NCBI GenBank assembly: GCA_963744975.1
Contig: CAVUVR010000002.1
Span: 2,785,069 to 2,849,068 of the forward strand
Reading direction: 5' to 3'
Origin: an uncultured Alphaproteobacteria bacterium
Lineage (GTDB): Bacteria > Pseudomonadota > Alphaproteobacteria > Rhizobiales > Xanthobacteraceae
DNA: 64,000 bases
A model generated the notes under the pieces. The model worked only from the letters and a program-made list of their open reading frames with translations, did not search any database and was not told the DNA's origin. This document shows, in pieces, positions 7,993 through 16,225 of this stretch (position 1 is its first letter; every line of letters starts with the position of its first letter). The position numbers and the translations under genes are program-made.

Positions 7993-8883
7993 ATGAACGT
8001 TGCGGGCAAATTGCCGCAAACATCTGTTGCGGATCGCGGAAGCTTTTCCGCGAAGCCGCCCTTCCTTGGCTTCGGGCTCGGCTTGCGGGCGCAGCACTAC
8101 GACGAAATTCTCGCCGGCCATCCGCCGATCGACTGGTTCGAGATCATCAGCGAGAATTACATGCTGCCGGGCGGCCAGCCGCTCCGCATGCTCGAACAGA
8201 TTCGCGAACGCTATCCGGTAGTGATGCACGGCGTTTCGCTGTCGATCGCCTCGACCGCACCGCCCGATTTCGACTATCTGCAAGGCCTGCGCGACCTTGC
8301 CCAGCGCGTCGAACCGAAATGGGTGTCGGACCATCTGTGCTGGACCGGCGTGCACGGCAAGAACCTGCACGATCTGCTGCCGATTCCCTACACCCGCGAA
8401 GCGCTCGACCATGTGGTCAGCCGCGTGCAGCTGGTGCAGGACTATCTCGGCCGCGCCATCGTGCTGGAGAACGTTTCGACCTATGTGCAGTTCAATAACT
8501 GCGAGATGACGGAGTGGGAGTTTCTCGCCGAATTGTCGCGCCGCTCCGGATGCTGGCTGCTGTTCGACGTCAACAACGTCTATGTCAGCGCCTTCAACCA
8601 TGGTTACGATCCGCATAGCTTCCTTGAAGGCATCCCGGCGGACCGCGTCGTCCAGTTCCACATGGCCGGCCACAGCCATATGGGAACGCATATCATCGAC
8701 ACCCACGATCATCCGGTGTGTGACGACGTCTGGGATCTCTACGCCGCGGCGCTCAAGCGCTTCGGCCGCGTCTCGACCATGATCGAGCGCGACGACAACA
8801 TCCCGCCGCTTGACGAACTCGTCGCCGAAGTCAATCGGATGCGCGAGATGGCGGCCAAAATACTGCCGCGGCCTACCGGATGA
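7993..8883 (+). CDS. DUF692 multinuclear non-heme iron oxidase (MNIO, BufB-like)
   Basis: EIISENY, HGVSLS, SDHL, LENVS, DVNNVY, HMAGH, IDTHD and IERD motifs. Start placed at ATG 7993 after GGAG. Confidence 0.95.
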   Translation: MNVAGKLPQTSVADRGSFSAKPPFLGFGLGLRAQHYDEILAGHPPIDWFEIISENYMLPGGQPLRMLEQIRERYPVVMHGVSLSIASTAPPDFDYLQGLRDLAQRVEPKWVSDHLCWTGVHGKNLHDLLPIPYTREALDHVVSRVQLVQDYLGRAIVLENVSTYVQFNNCEMTEWEFLAELSRRSGCWLLFDVNNVYVSAFNHGYDPHSFLEGIPADRVVQFHMAGHSHMGTHIIDTHDHPVCDDVWDLYAAALKRFGRVSTMIERDDNIPPLDELVAEVNRMREMAAKILPRPTG

Positions 8884-9665
8884 GCGACTTTGCGCGGCAG
8901 CAGGATGATTTTCAGCGCGGCATCCTGAGCGGCGACGATTCCATCCTCGCCGAGATCCTCGACAGCCCGAAGGAGAAGCGCGAGGTACTGTACGGCGTTT
9001 ACCGGCACGCTTACGGTTCGCGCCTGGTCGATGCCCTGCGCAACGATCACGAACTTCTTCACGTCTATCTCGGCGACGAGACCTTCGACGCGATGGGGTA
9101 TGCCTATGCGGCGGCAAAGCCGTCGCATCATCCGAACCTGCGCTGGTTTTCGCAGGGCCTGCCGGATTTTCTGAAAACCACCGGACCTTACAGCGACCAT
9201 CCGATTCTTGCCGATCTCGCCGCACTCGAGAAAGCGTTGAACGACGCGTTCGACGGTACCGATGCGCCGGTGCTTGGATTGGCCGACATGGCCGGCTTTG
9301 CGCCGGAGCGCTGGAACGATCTCAAGTTTCAGCCACACCCCACTTCATGCCGGCTCGATGTGTCCACCAACGCCTCGGCGATCTGGCTGGCGCTCAAGAA
9401 CGATGAGACGCCGCCCGACGCAGTCGCGCTGGAACAACCGGGCCGCCTGCTGGTTTGGCGTCAGGACGTGACGCCGAGGTTCCGCGAGCTTTCCGTCGAA
9501 GAGGCCATGATGTGGGATGAGGCGGCGAACGGCATTCCGTTCGGCGTGCTCTGCTCGATGCTCGCGACCTACGACGATCCTGACGGCGCGGCCGCGCGCG
9601 GCGCCGGCTATCTGCACGGCTGGGTCACGTCGGGACTTCTGACCGGTGTTTCCAGCGACGATTAA
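8880..9665 (+). CDS. DUF2063-type MNIO partner protein (BufC-like)
   Basis: ATGA overlap with DUF692; VYRHAY..RL..AL, LG...F and DLAALE.A motifs. Confidence 0.9.
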   Translation: MSDFARQQDDFQRGILSGDDSILAEILDSPKEKREVLYGVYRHAYGSRLVDALRNDHELLHVYLGDETFDAMGYAYAAAKPSHHPNLRWFSQGLPDFLKTTGPYSDHPILADLAALEKALNDAFDGTDAPVLGLADMAGFAPERWNDLKFQPHPTSCRLDVSTNASAIWLALKNDETPPDAVALEQPGRLLVWRQDVTPRFRELSVEEAMMWDEAANGIPFGVLCSMLATYDDPDGAAARGAGYLHGWVTSGLLTGVSSDD

Positions 9666-9676
9666 GGGGTCGGCGC

Positions 9677-10465
9677 GTGAGCACGGACACCGGCCGAAAT
9701 TTTATCGAGCACCTGAGCTGGGACGAGGTCGCCCGTCGCATCGACAACGGCGCCGCCGCGATTTTGCCCGTTGGAGCCGGCGCCAAGCAGCACGGGTTTC
9801 ATCTGCCGATGAATACCGACCGGATTCAGGCCGAATGGCTGGCCGCCCGAATCGCCGACCGCATCGATGCCGTGATCTGGCCGACGGTCGCTTACGGATA
9901 TTATCCGGCCTTTGTCGATTATGCGGGAAGCGCGAGCCTGTCCGCGCAGACCTTCGAATCCGTGATTCACGAGCTCGCCTCGGGCATCCTGGGATATGGC
10001 TGCCGCGCGTTGTTCGTGCTCGATACCGGCGTCAGCACGCTTGCGCCGGTCGATCGCGCGCTGGCGCGACTCGGCAATTCCGAGGCGCTGCATCTGAAGA
10101 TTCATGAAGGTCCGCGCTATCGCCGCGCCGCCGCCGAGCTTGCCGAGCAAAGTCACGGCAGTCATGCCGACGAACTCGAGACCTCCATCATGCTGGTGCT
10201 GGCGCCGCATCTGGTCGACACCGCGCGTGCGGAAGCGAGCCCTGCCCTCAAACTTGAAACGCCCGGCCCGCTGACACGATCGGATCCGAGCTCGCCCAAT
10301 TACAGCCGCTCCGGCAGTTTTGGCGATCCGACGCTGGCGACCCGCGCCAAGGGCGAGATCCTGCTGGCGGCGATGGTCGATGACATGATCGAGCAGGCCT
10401 CGGCCTTCATCGCCGCAACCGCGAAAAACGCTGCCTCCGGCCAGCATCGATGTACGTCATCATGA
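9677..10465 (+). CDS. Creatininase / MftE-family protein with atypical metal-ligand set
   Basis: LPVG..KQHG.HLP..TD, HADELETS and G.FGDP..AT..KG motifs; GTG start 11 bp after the DUF2063 stop. Confidence 0.85.
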   Translation: MSTDTGRNFIEHLSWDEVARRIDNGAAAILPVGAGAKQHGFHLPMNTDRIQAEWLAARIADRIDAVIWPTVAYGYYPAFVDYAGSASLSAQTFESVIHELASGILGYGCRALFVLDTGVSTLAPVDRALARLGNSEALHLKIHEGPRYRRAAAELAEQSHGSHADELETSIMLVLAPHLVDTARAEASPALKLETPGPLTRSDPSSPNYSRSGSFGDPTLATRAKGEILLAAMVDDMIEQASAFIAATAKNAASGQHRCTSS

Positions 10466-11439
10466 CACGATTTCGCGCATCGCTCGCTTTGTTCGTTGCC
10501 GCGGCGTTGTTGCTGGCTGGCGCGCTCCCGACTCGAAGTCGTGCGCAATCCGAGTTGATGCGAAGCGATCGGATGCCCTACGACGCATTCGACCGAATGC
10601 CGAAGACTGACCTCAATGTACCCTCCGGCGTCATCCATATCGCGTTCGGCGCCGGCGAGTTCGCTCTGCCGAAGGAACAAATCCTGCAATGGGCCGCGGC
10701 TTCGGCGAAAGCCGTCTCGACCTATTACGGCCGCTTTCCCGTGAACTCGCTGCGGCTGCTGTTCGTCCCGGTCGAAGGATCGCGCGTGCGCGGCGGCACG
10801 ACGTGGGGCTATCGAGGTGCTGCAATACGGATTCCGCTCGGCCGCGACGTCGACATGGACGATCTGAAGCGCGACTGGGTGCTGGTGCACGAAATGGTGC
10901 ATCTGGCGCTGCCCGACATGGAGGACCGCTATGCCTGGCTGTCGGAAGGGCTGGCCGTTTATGTCGAACCGGTCGCGCGGGCGCAGGCCGGCGACCTCAG
11001 CGCAAAAGAAATCTGGCTTGCGATGATGCGCGATATGCCAAAGGGCCTGCCGCAGGCTGGCGACCGCGGCCTCGACAATACCGATACCTGGGGCCGCAAA
11101 TACTGGGGCGGCGCGATGTTCTGCCTGTTCGCGGATATCGAGATTCGAAAGCGGACCAACAATCGAATGGGCCTGCAGGACGCCATGCGCGGCGTTATTG
11201 CCGCTGGCGGCAATCACGAGGTGGATTGGTCGATCGAGCGCGTTTTGGCAACCGCGGACAAGGCGGTCGGCGTAGATGTGCTGACGAAGCTGCATGACGA
11301 ATGGGGAGCGAAGCCGGTGACGCCCGATCTCGATGCGCTGTGGCGCGATCTGGGTCTGCGCGTTCGCGACGGCGGGGTCGAGTTCGACGATGCGGCACCG
11401 CTTGCCGCGGTACGCGCGGCGATTACGAGAGCGCCGTAG
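10462..11439 (+). CDS. Exported zinc metallopeptidase (gluzincin, M1/M61-like)
   Basis: Signal peptide, HEMVH...WLSEGLAVY; ATGA overlap with the creatininase stop. Confidence 0.8.
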   Translation: MTRFRASLALFVAAALLLAGALPTRSRAQSELMRSDRMPYDAFDRMPKTDLNVPSGVIHIAFGAGEFALPKEQILQWAAASAKAVSTYYGRFPVNSLRLLFVPVEGSRVRGGTTWGYRGAAIRIPLGRDVDMDDLKRDWVLVHEMVHLALPDMEDRYAWLSEGLAVYVEPVARAQAGDLSAKEIWLAMMRDMPKGLPQAGDRGLDNTDTWGRKYWGGAMFCLFADIEIRKRTNNRMGLQDAMRGVIAAGGNHEVDWSIERVLATADKAVGVDVLTKLHDEWGAKPVTPDLDALWRDLGLRVRDGGVEFDDAAPLAAVRAAITRAP

Positions 11440-11443
11440 CCAT

Positions 11444-11531
11444 GTAGCCCGGATGGAGCGCAGCGCAATCCGGGGGCCTCGTGCCGACTGCGAAGTCTGT
11501 CCCGGATTACGCTGCGCTCCATCCGGGCTAC
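11444..11531. repeat. GTAG-type REP pair (GTAGCCCGGAT...ATCCGGGCTAC)
   Basis: Inverted arms between convergent genes. Confidence 0.8.
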
Positions 11532-11540
11532 GAACAACCA

Positions 11541-14500
11541 TCAATGCGCCTCGTCCCAGTTATTCGCCGCCCGCGCATCGACCTGCAGCGGCACCGACAG
11601 CAGCACGGCGGGGAACGGCGCGTCCTGCATGGTGTGCTGCACCACCGGCAGCGTCGCCGCGACTTCGTCGTCGGGCACTTCGAAGATCAGCTCGTCATGC
11701 ACCTGCAGCAGCATCTGAGCCGAGAGTTTTTTCGCGGCCAGCGCATCCTCCATCCGGATCATGGCGCGGCGGATGATGTCGGCGGCGGTGCCTTGCAGCC
11801 GCGCATTGATGGCGGCGCGTTCGTTGAAGGAGCGCACCGAGGCGTTGCTGGCCTTGATGTCGGGGTAATGACACTTGCGGCCGAACAGCGTCTCGACATA
11901 GCCGTGCTTGCGGCAGAATTCGCGCGTTTCGTCCATATAGGCGCGGATGCCGGGGAAGCGTTCAAAGTATTTCTTGATGTAGGCGGAGGCTTCCTCGCGG
12001 GCGATGCCGAGCTGGTTGGCCAGGCCGAACGCCGAGATGCCGTAAATGATGCCGAAATTGATCGCCTTCGCCCGGCGGCGAACCTCGCCCGGCATGTCCT
12101 TGACCGGCACGCCAAACATTTCCGACGCGGTCATGGCGTGAATGTCGAGCTTGTCCTGGAACGCCTGCTTCAGCACGGGAATGTCGGCGATCTCCGCCAG
12201 CAGCCGCAACTCGATCTGCGAATAATCCGCCGACACCAGCTTGTGGCCGGGTGTCGCGATAAAGGCGCGGCGGATTTTGCGGCCGTCCTCGGTGCGCACC
12301 GGAATGTTCTGCAGGTTGGGCTCGTTCGACGACAGCCGCCCGGTGGTGGTCGCCGCCAGCGCGTAGGTGGTGTGGACGCGATGGGTCTGCGGATGCACAT
12401 AGGTCGGCAGCGCGTCGGTGTAGGTCGATTTCAGTTTCGACACCTGCCGCCATTCCAGGATCTTTTTCGGAAAGTCATGGCCCTGCTCGGCAAGCTCATC
12501 GAGCACCTGCGCGGTGGTGGACCATGCGCCGGTCTTGGTCTTGCTGCCGCCGGGCAGTCCCATCTTGCCGAAGATGATGTCGCCGATCTGCTTCGGGCTG
12601 CCGACATTGACCGGCTCGCCGGCAATCTCCTGGATCTCCGCTTCGACCCGTGCCGCGGTCTGCGCGAAATCGGCCGATAATCGCGACAGCACCTGGCGGT
12701 CGATCGAGATGCCGCGCCGCTCCATCCGCCCGAGCACGCCGACCAGCGGCCGCTCCAGCGTCTCATACACCGCGGTCATGCGCTCGGCGGCGAGCCGCGG
12801 TTTCAGCACCCGCCACAGCCTCAAGATCACGTCGGCATCCTCGGCGGAGTAGGCGGTGGCGCGGTCGATCGCGACCTGATCGAAACTGAGCTTGTTCTTG
12901 CCGCTGCCGGTGACCTCACTATTGCTCAGCACGGCGTGGCCGAGCCGGCTCTCGCTAAGCGCATCCAGCCCATGCGAGTTGCGCCCGGCATCGAGCGCAT
13001 AGGACATCAGCTCTACGTCGTCATGGTTGCGGATGGTGATGCCGTGCTGCGCCAGCATCACGGCCGAGAATTTGATGTCGAAGCCGATCTTGAGCAGCCC
13101 CGGCGATTCCAGCAGCGGTTTTAGCGCATCGAGCGCGTCCGATGCCTTGATCTGGTCCGGCGCGAGGCCGGCGGCGAACAATCCTGCACCATCACCGGAC
13201 TGCTTGTGGCTGAGCGGGATATAGCAGGCGTCGTTGGGCCCGAGCGCCAGCGCGATGCCGCACATCTCCGCCTGCATCGGATCGATCGAGGTCGCCTTGG
13301 CGTCGATGGCGACGTGGCCTGTGTCGAGGATCCGCGCGATCCAGGCGTTGAGGTCGGCGATCGTGCGAACGGTCTGGTATTTGTTGCGATCGATTTTGGT
13401 GTGGCGCGCGGCTTCCGTCCGCGCTGCCGCAAGCGCTTGCGGTGTCAGCGCGATCGCGCCGCGGTCCGCTTTCGCCGGAGCTTGCGGCCGCTTCTGGTCA
13501 CCAAGGGGAAGCTCGCCGACGCGGGATGAAAAAAGATTGGTGCCCTTGGCCGCATCATCGGGTTCACCCCCCAGCGACGCCGTCGACGGTGAATCCGGCG
13601 GCATTCCCTTCGAGGCAAAGGGACTCTTCAAATCCGTCGCGGCGTCGATGCCCGACGGATCGATCTCGCCATATTCGGCGACGCGCCGGGTCAGCGTGGA
13701 AAATTCCATTGCCTTCAAGAAGGCAATCAGTTTGCGGGCATCGGGTTCATGTACCGCGAGTTCATCGAGTGGCACGTCGAGTGCAACCTTGTCGTCGAGC
13801 AAAACAAGTTGTCGTGATGTCAGGGCTAGTTGCTTATTTTCCACTATTTTGGCGACCGTTCCTCCGATCACTCGCGACAAATTGCGAGCCCGCAGTATGA
13901 GTGTGCAAAACTCATTTCCTGCGCTCGCTAGTCTTTCGATCGTTTCGGTATCGGCGGTTGGGTTTCCCTTCTTGTCCCTGGGTAGAGCCGTCTCACCAAA
14001 TTTTGTTTCCAGTACTTTTCCAACCTGCGCAGCTGAACTCGGCTTTATCGGCTCGCCAGCAATCTTAGTGATCTGCTTTTCGAGCGCGGACAGCTTGGCC
14101 TTCAATTCTTCTTCGATCTTCTCAGGATGATCTTCTGCAGAAAGAATTCGATCAAGCGATCCCAATTCAGCGATTAATGTGCTTGCAGCCTTCGGGCCCA
14201 CGCCTGGAACGCCCGGGACGTTATCGACAGAATCTCCGATCAGCGCCTGGACCTCGACCACCTTCTCCGGCGGCACGCCGAATTTTTCGATCACCTCGGC
14301 AATGCCGAGCCGGCGATCCTTCATGGTGTCGTACATGGTGACGCAGTCGGTCACCAGCTGCATCAGGTCCTTGTCCGAGGAGACGATGGTGGCGCTGGCG
14401 CCGCGCTCACAGGCGATCCGCACATAGGTCGCGATCAGGTCGTCGGCCTCGAAACCGGCCTGCTCCAGGCACGGCAGGTCGAACGCGCGCACCGCCTCGC

Positions 14501-14876
14501 GGATCAGCGGAAATTGCGGGATCAGGTCGTCGGGGGCGGGCGGCCGGTGCGCCTTGTAGGCGGGATAGAGCTTGTTGCGGAAGGTGACTTCGGACTTGTC
14601 GAAGATGATGGCGAGATGGGTCGGCCGGTTATCCTCCGGCATGTCGCGCAGCAGCTTCCACAACATGTTGCAGAAGCCGAGCACGGCATTGACCTGCAGC
14701 CCGTCGGACTTGCGGTTGAGCGGCGGCAGCGCGTGATAGGCGCGGAAAATATAGGAGGACCCGTCGACCAGGAAGATGTGGTCGCCCTTGCCCGGGGCTT
14801 TGACGGCAACGGGCTTTGCGGCGGCGGATTTGGCGGCGGCGGGTTCCGCAGCGGGTTTTTGCGAGGATTTCGGCAT
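11541..14876 (-). CDS. polA: DNA polymerase I with an internal thumb-like insertion
   Basis: LVDGSSYIFRAYH 5'-nuclease, 3'-5' exonuclease region, TGRLSS.EPNLQN, DYSQIELR, AKAINFGIIYG and QVHDEL motifs; 1111 aa, longer than usual. Confidence 0.98.
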   Translation of the reverse strand: MPKSSQKPAAEPAAAKSAAAKPVAVKAPGKGDHIFLVDGSSYIFRAYHALPPLNRKSDGLQVNAVLGFCNMLWKLLRDMPEDNRPTHLAIIFDKSEVTFRNKLYPAYKAHRPPAPDDLIPQFPLIREAVRAFDLPCLEQAGFEADDLIATYVRIACERGASATIVSSDKDLMQLVTDCVTMYDTMKDRRLGIAEVIEKFGVPPEKVVEVQALIGDSVDNVPGVPGVGPKAASTLIAELGSLDRILSAEDHPEKIEEELKAKLSALEKQITKIAGEPIKPSSAAQVGKVLETKFGETALPRDKKGNPTADTETIERLASAGNEFCTLILRARNLSRVIGGTVAKIVENKQLALTSRQLVLLDDKVALDVPLDELAVHEPDARKLIAFLKAMEFSTLTRRVAEYGEIDPSGIDAATDLKSPFASKGMPPDSPSTASLGGEPDDAAKGTNLFSSRVGELPLGDQKRPQAPAKADRGAIALTPQALAAARTEAARHTKIDRNKYQTVRTIADLNAWIARILDTGHVAIDAKATSIDPMQAEMCGIALALGPNDACYIPLSHKQSGDGAGLFAAGLAPDQIKASDALDALKPLLESPGLLKIGFDIKFSAVMLAQHGITIRNHDDVELMSYALDAGRNSHGLDALSESRLGHAVLSNSEVTGSGKNKLSFDQVAIDRATAYSAEDADVILRLWRVLKPRLAAERMTAVYETLERPLVGVLGRMERRGISIDRQVLSRLSADFAQTAARVEAEIQEIAGEPVNVGSPKQIGDIIFGKMGLPGGSKTKTGAWSTTAQVLDELAEQGHDFPKKILEWRQVSKLKSTYTDALPTYVHPQTHRVHTTYALAATTTGRLSSNEPNLQNIPVRTEDGRKIRRAFIATPGHKLVSADYSQIELRLLAEIADIPVLKQAFQDKLDIHAMTASEMFGVPVKDMPGEVRRRAKAINFGIIYGISAFGLANQLGIAREEASAYIKKYFERFPGIRAYMDETREFCRKHGYVETLFGRKCHYPDIKASNASVRSFNERAAINARLQGTAADIIRRAMIRMEDALAAKKLSAQMLLQVHDELIFEVPDDEVAATLPVVQHTMQDAPFPAVLLSVPLQVDARAANNWDEAH

Positions 14877-14956
14877 GGCCGCAATTTAAGGATTTTTGCG
14901 CTGAATGACAGTCTATGCAGTGCGAAAAGATGTCGTCGTCCCGGCGAAAACTCGGT

Positions 14957-15089
14957 GTCGTCCCGGCGAAGGCCGGGACCCATACTCCGTGTCGCCGATG
15001 TTCGGGTTGGCGTCAGTCGCCTTGTTGAACGGCCTCACTGCAATCATGACCGCCAGGGGTTATGGGTCCCGGCCTTCGCCGGGACGACG
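14957..15089. repeat. CGTC-type REP doublet, family B, gene-free (76-nt spacer)
   Basis: GTCGTCCCGGCGAAGGCCGGGACCCATA ... TATGGGTCCCGGCCTTCGCCGGGACGAC. Confidence 0.88.
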
Positions 15090-15164
15090 GAGAGAGTGTG
15101 GATGCGCATCGCTCCTTCCTTTCGGCCAAGCGTCATCGCTGCCCGCAAATGCCTTCGCGTGAAT

Positions 15165-15553
15165 GGGAGGTTCAGGGGACCTCGCTCTCTCCGATAAGAG
15201 AGGGAGGCGGAACGCCGAAAGGCGCACCTTGGTAACGGCCGCGGCTTGATTTCCGGATTGCCGAAAATCAGAGGCACACGGCAACGCCTTTCAGCGTCCC
15301 TGCCGCGGCGACTTCTTCGACCCTGGGACCGGTTCTTCCGAGCGCGGGCGCGAGCAAGCTCGCCATCCAGGCAGGTTTCCCCACCCTTCACCCGTCTCGT
15401 CCAGCCATTGAAGGCAGCGCCCCGTAGTGGGCACGGACGGTTACCCTGGGCCCCCCGGGTGCGCAGAGGGACGTCCCCTCCACGCCCGCAGGCGCCGCAT
15501 CCCGCCCCGCGCTACAAGCGTCCCGGCAACGCCCCTTTAACAGGGACGGGATG
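15165..15553 (-). ncRNA. Candidate large structured non-coding RNA or RNA-based repeat element, family not recognised
   Basis: At least 8 predicted helices, G.U pairs that work only on the minus strand, two GAAA loops, a G(CUUG)C loop and a 6-bp pseudoknot. The promoter ends exactly at the 5' stem. The 3' end is approximate. Confidence 0.65.
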
Positions 15554-15559
15554 CCTAGG

Positions 15560-15587
15560 AATTTAGCTTAGTAGGAAGATATGTCAA
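15560..15587 (-). promoter_or_regulatory. Sigma70-type promoter TTGACA-N16-TAAATT
   Basis: Perfect -35 and a TAnnnT -10; predicted start ~15553. Confidence 0.65.
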
Positions 15588-15627
15588 GCGGGAGAAACAT
15601 TAAATTTTTGCGGCCGAAACAAGGCCT

Positions 15628-15767
15628 CGTGTCCCGGGCGCGGTGCGGCATTCTTCATGCCGCTCCGCAGAACCGGGACCCCGGTTTCTTCAGGCGCAAG
15701 CAAACCGGGACCCCGGCTCTGCAGCGCACCGCTTCGCGAAGAGCTACGCGCTGCGCTGCGTCCGGGG
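15628..15767. repeat. REP-like element, family A
   Basis: Homologous to 3421-3558. Confidence 0.85.
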
Positions 15768-15788
15768 AACGATGACTGTGGATGGCAA

Positions 15789-15947
15789 TCAGCCCTTGGC
15801 CTTGCCCTTGGCGCGGTCCAGCGCCTCCTCGGCGGTTCCGCCCTTTGCGGAGCCGCTCTTGCCGTTCTCCGTCACGGTCGCGTTGGTCTCGGACGATCCG
15901 CTCCGCTTCTCGACGGTCACGGTTTTCTCTTCTTTCGTTACGCTCAT
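15789..15947 (-). CDS. Small 52-aa hydrophilic hypothetical protein
   Basis: Hand translation MSVTKEEKTVTVEKRSGSSETNATVTENGKSGSAKGGTAEEALDRAKGKAKG; GC3-rich host-like codons; below the ORF-track cutoff. Confidence 0.55.
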   Translation of the reverse strand: MSVTKEEKTVTVEKRSGSSETNATVTENGKSGSAKGGTAEEALDRAKGKAKG

Positions 15948-16108
15948 GTCTCAGGGCCCTTTCAGAGTTAGAACAAACCCAACACCGAACCGGACAACTG
16001 GTTCATGCCTCCAATAAATCTTTCGCAGACGATGGATGCCCGGATCAAGTCCGGGCATGACGGCGAGTGCGTTGAAAGTCTTGGCGCGTTACAAGCGAAC
16101 AACATGTC

Positions 16109-16222
16109 GTAGGGCGGATTAGCCGATCACGTCCGCCGTGGCTCAACGAGCGAAGGCGGAAGGCGTAATCCGCCACGCCCTCCAGATCACGTGGCGGATT
16201 ACGCTGCGCTAATCCGCCCTAC
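16109..16222. repeat. GTAG-type REP pair (GTAGGGCGGATTAG...CTAATCCGCCCTAC)
   Basis: Inverted arms; a further GCCCGG/CCGGGC unit lies at 16035-16062. Confidence 0.8.
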
Positions 16223-16225
16223 GAA

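Noticed and set aside
13740-14240. Intein or intron in polA
   Set aside because: No intein terminal residues (C/S...HN) or homing-endonuclease motifs, the frame is continuous, and the insert instead resembles a thumb segment.
15044-15391. 115-aa minus-strand ORF (and 15246-15566 plus-strand ORF) over the structured region
   Set aside because: Low-complexity translation running into REP sequence with no family motif. The strand-specific pairing pattern is better explained by RNA structure, though a short peptide cannot be excluded.
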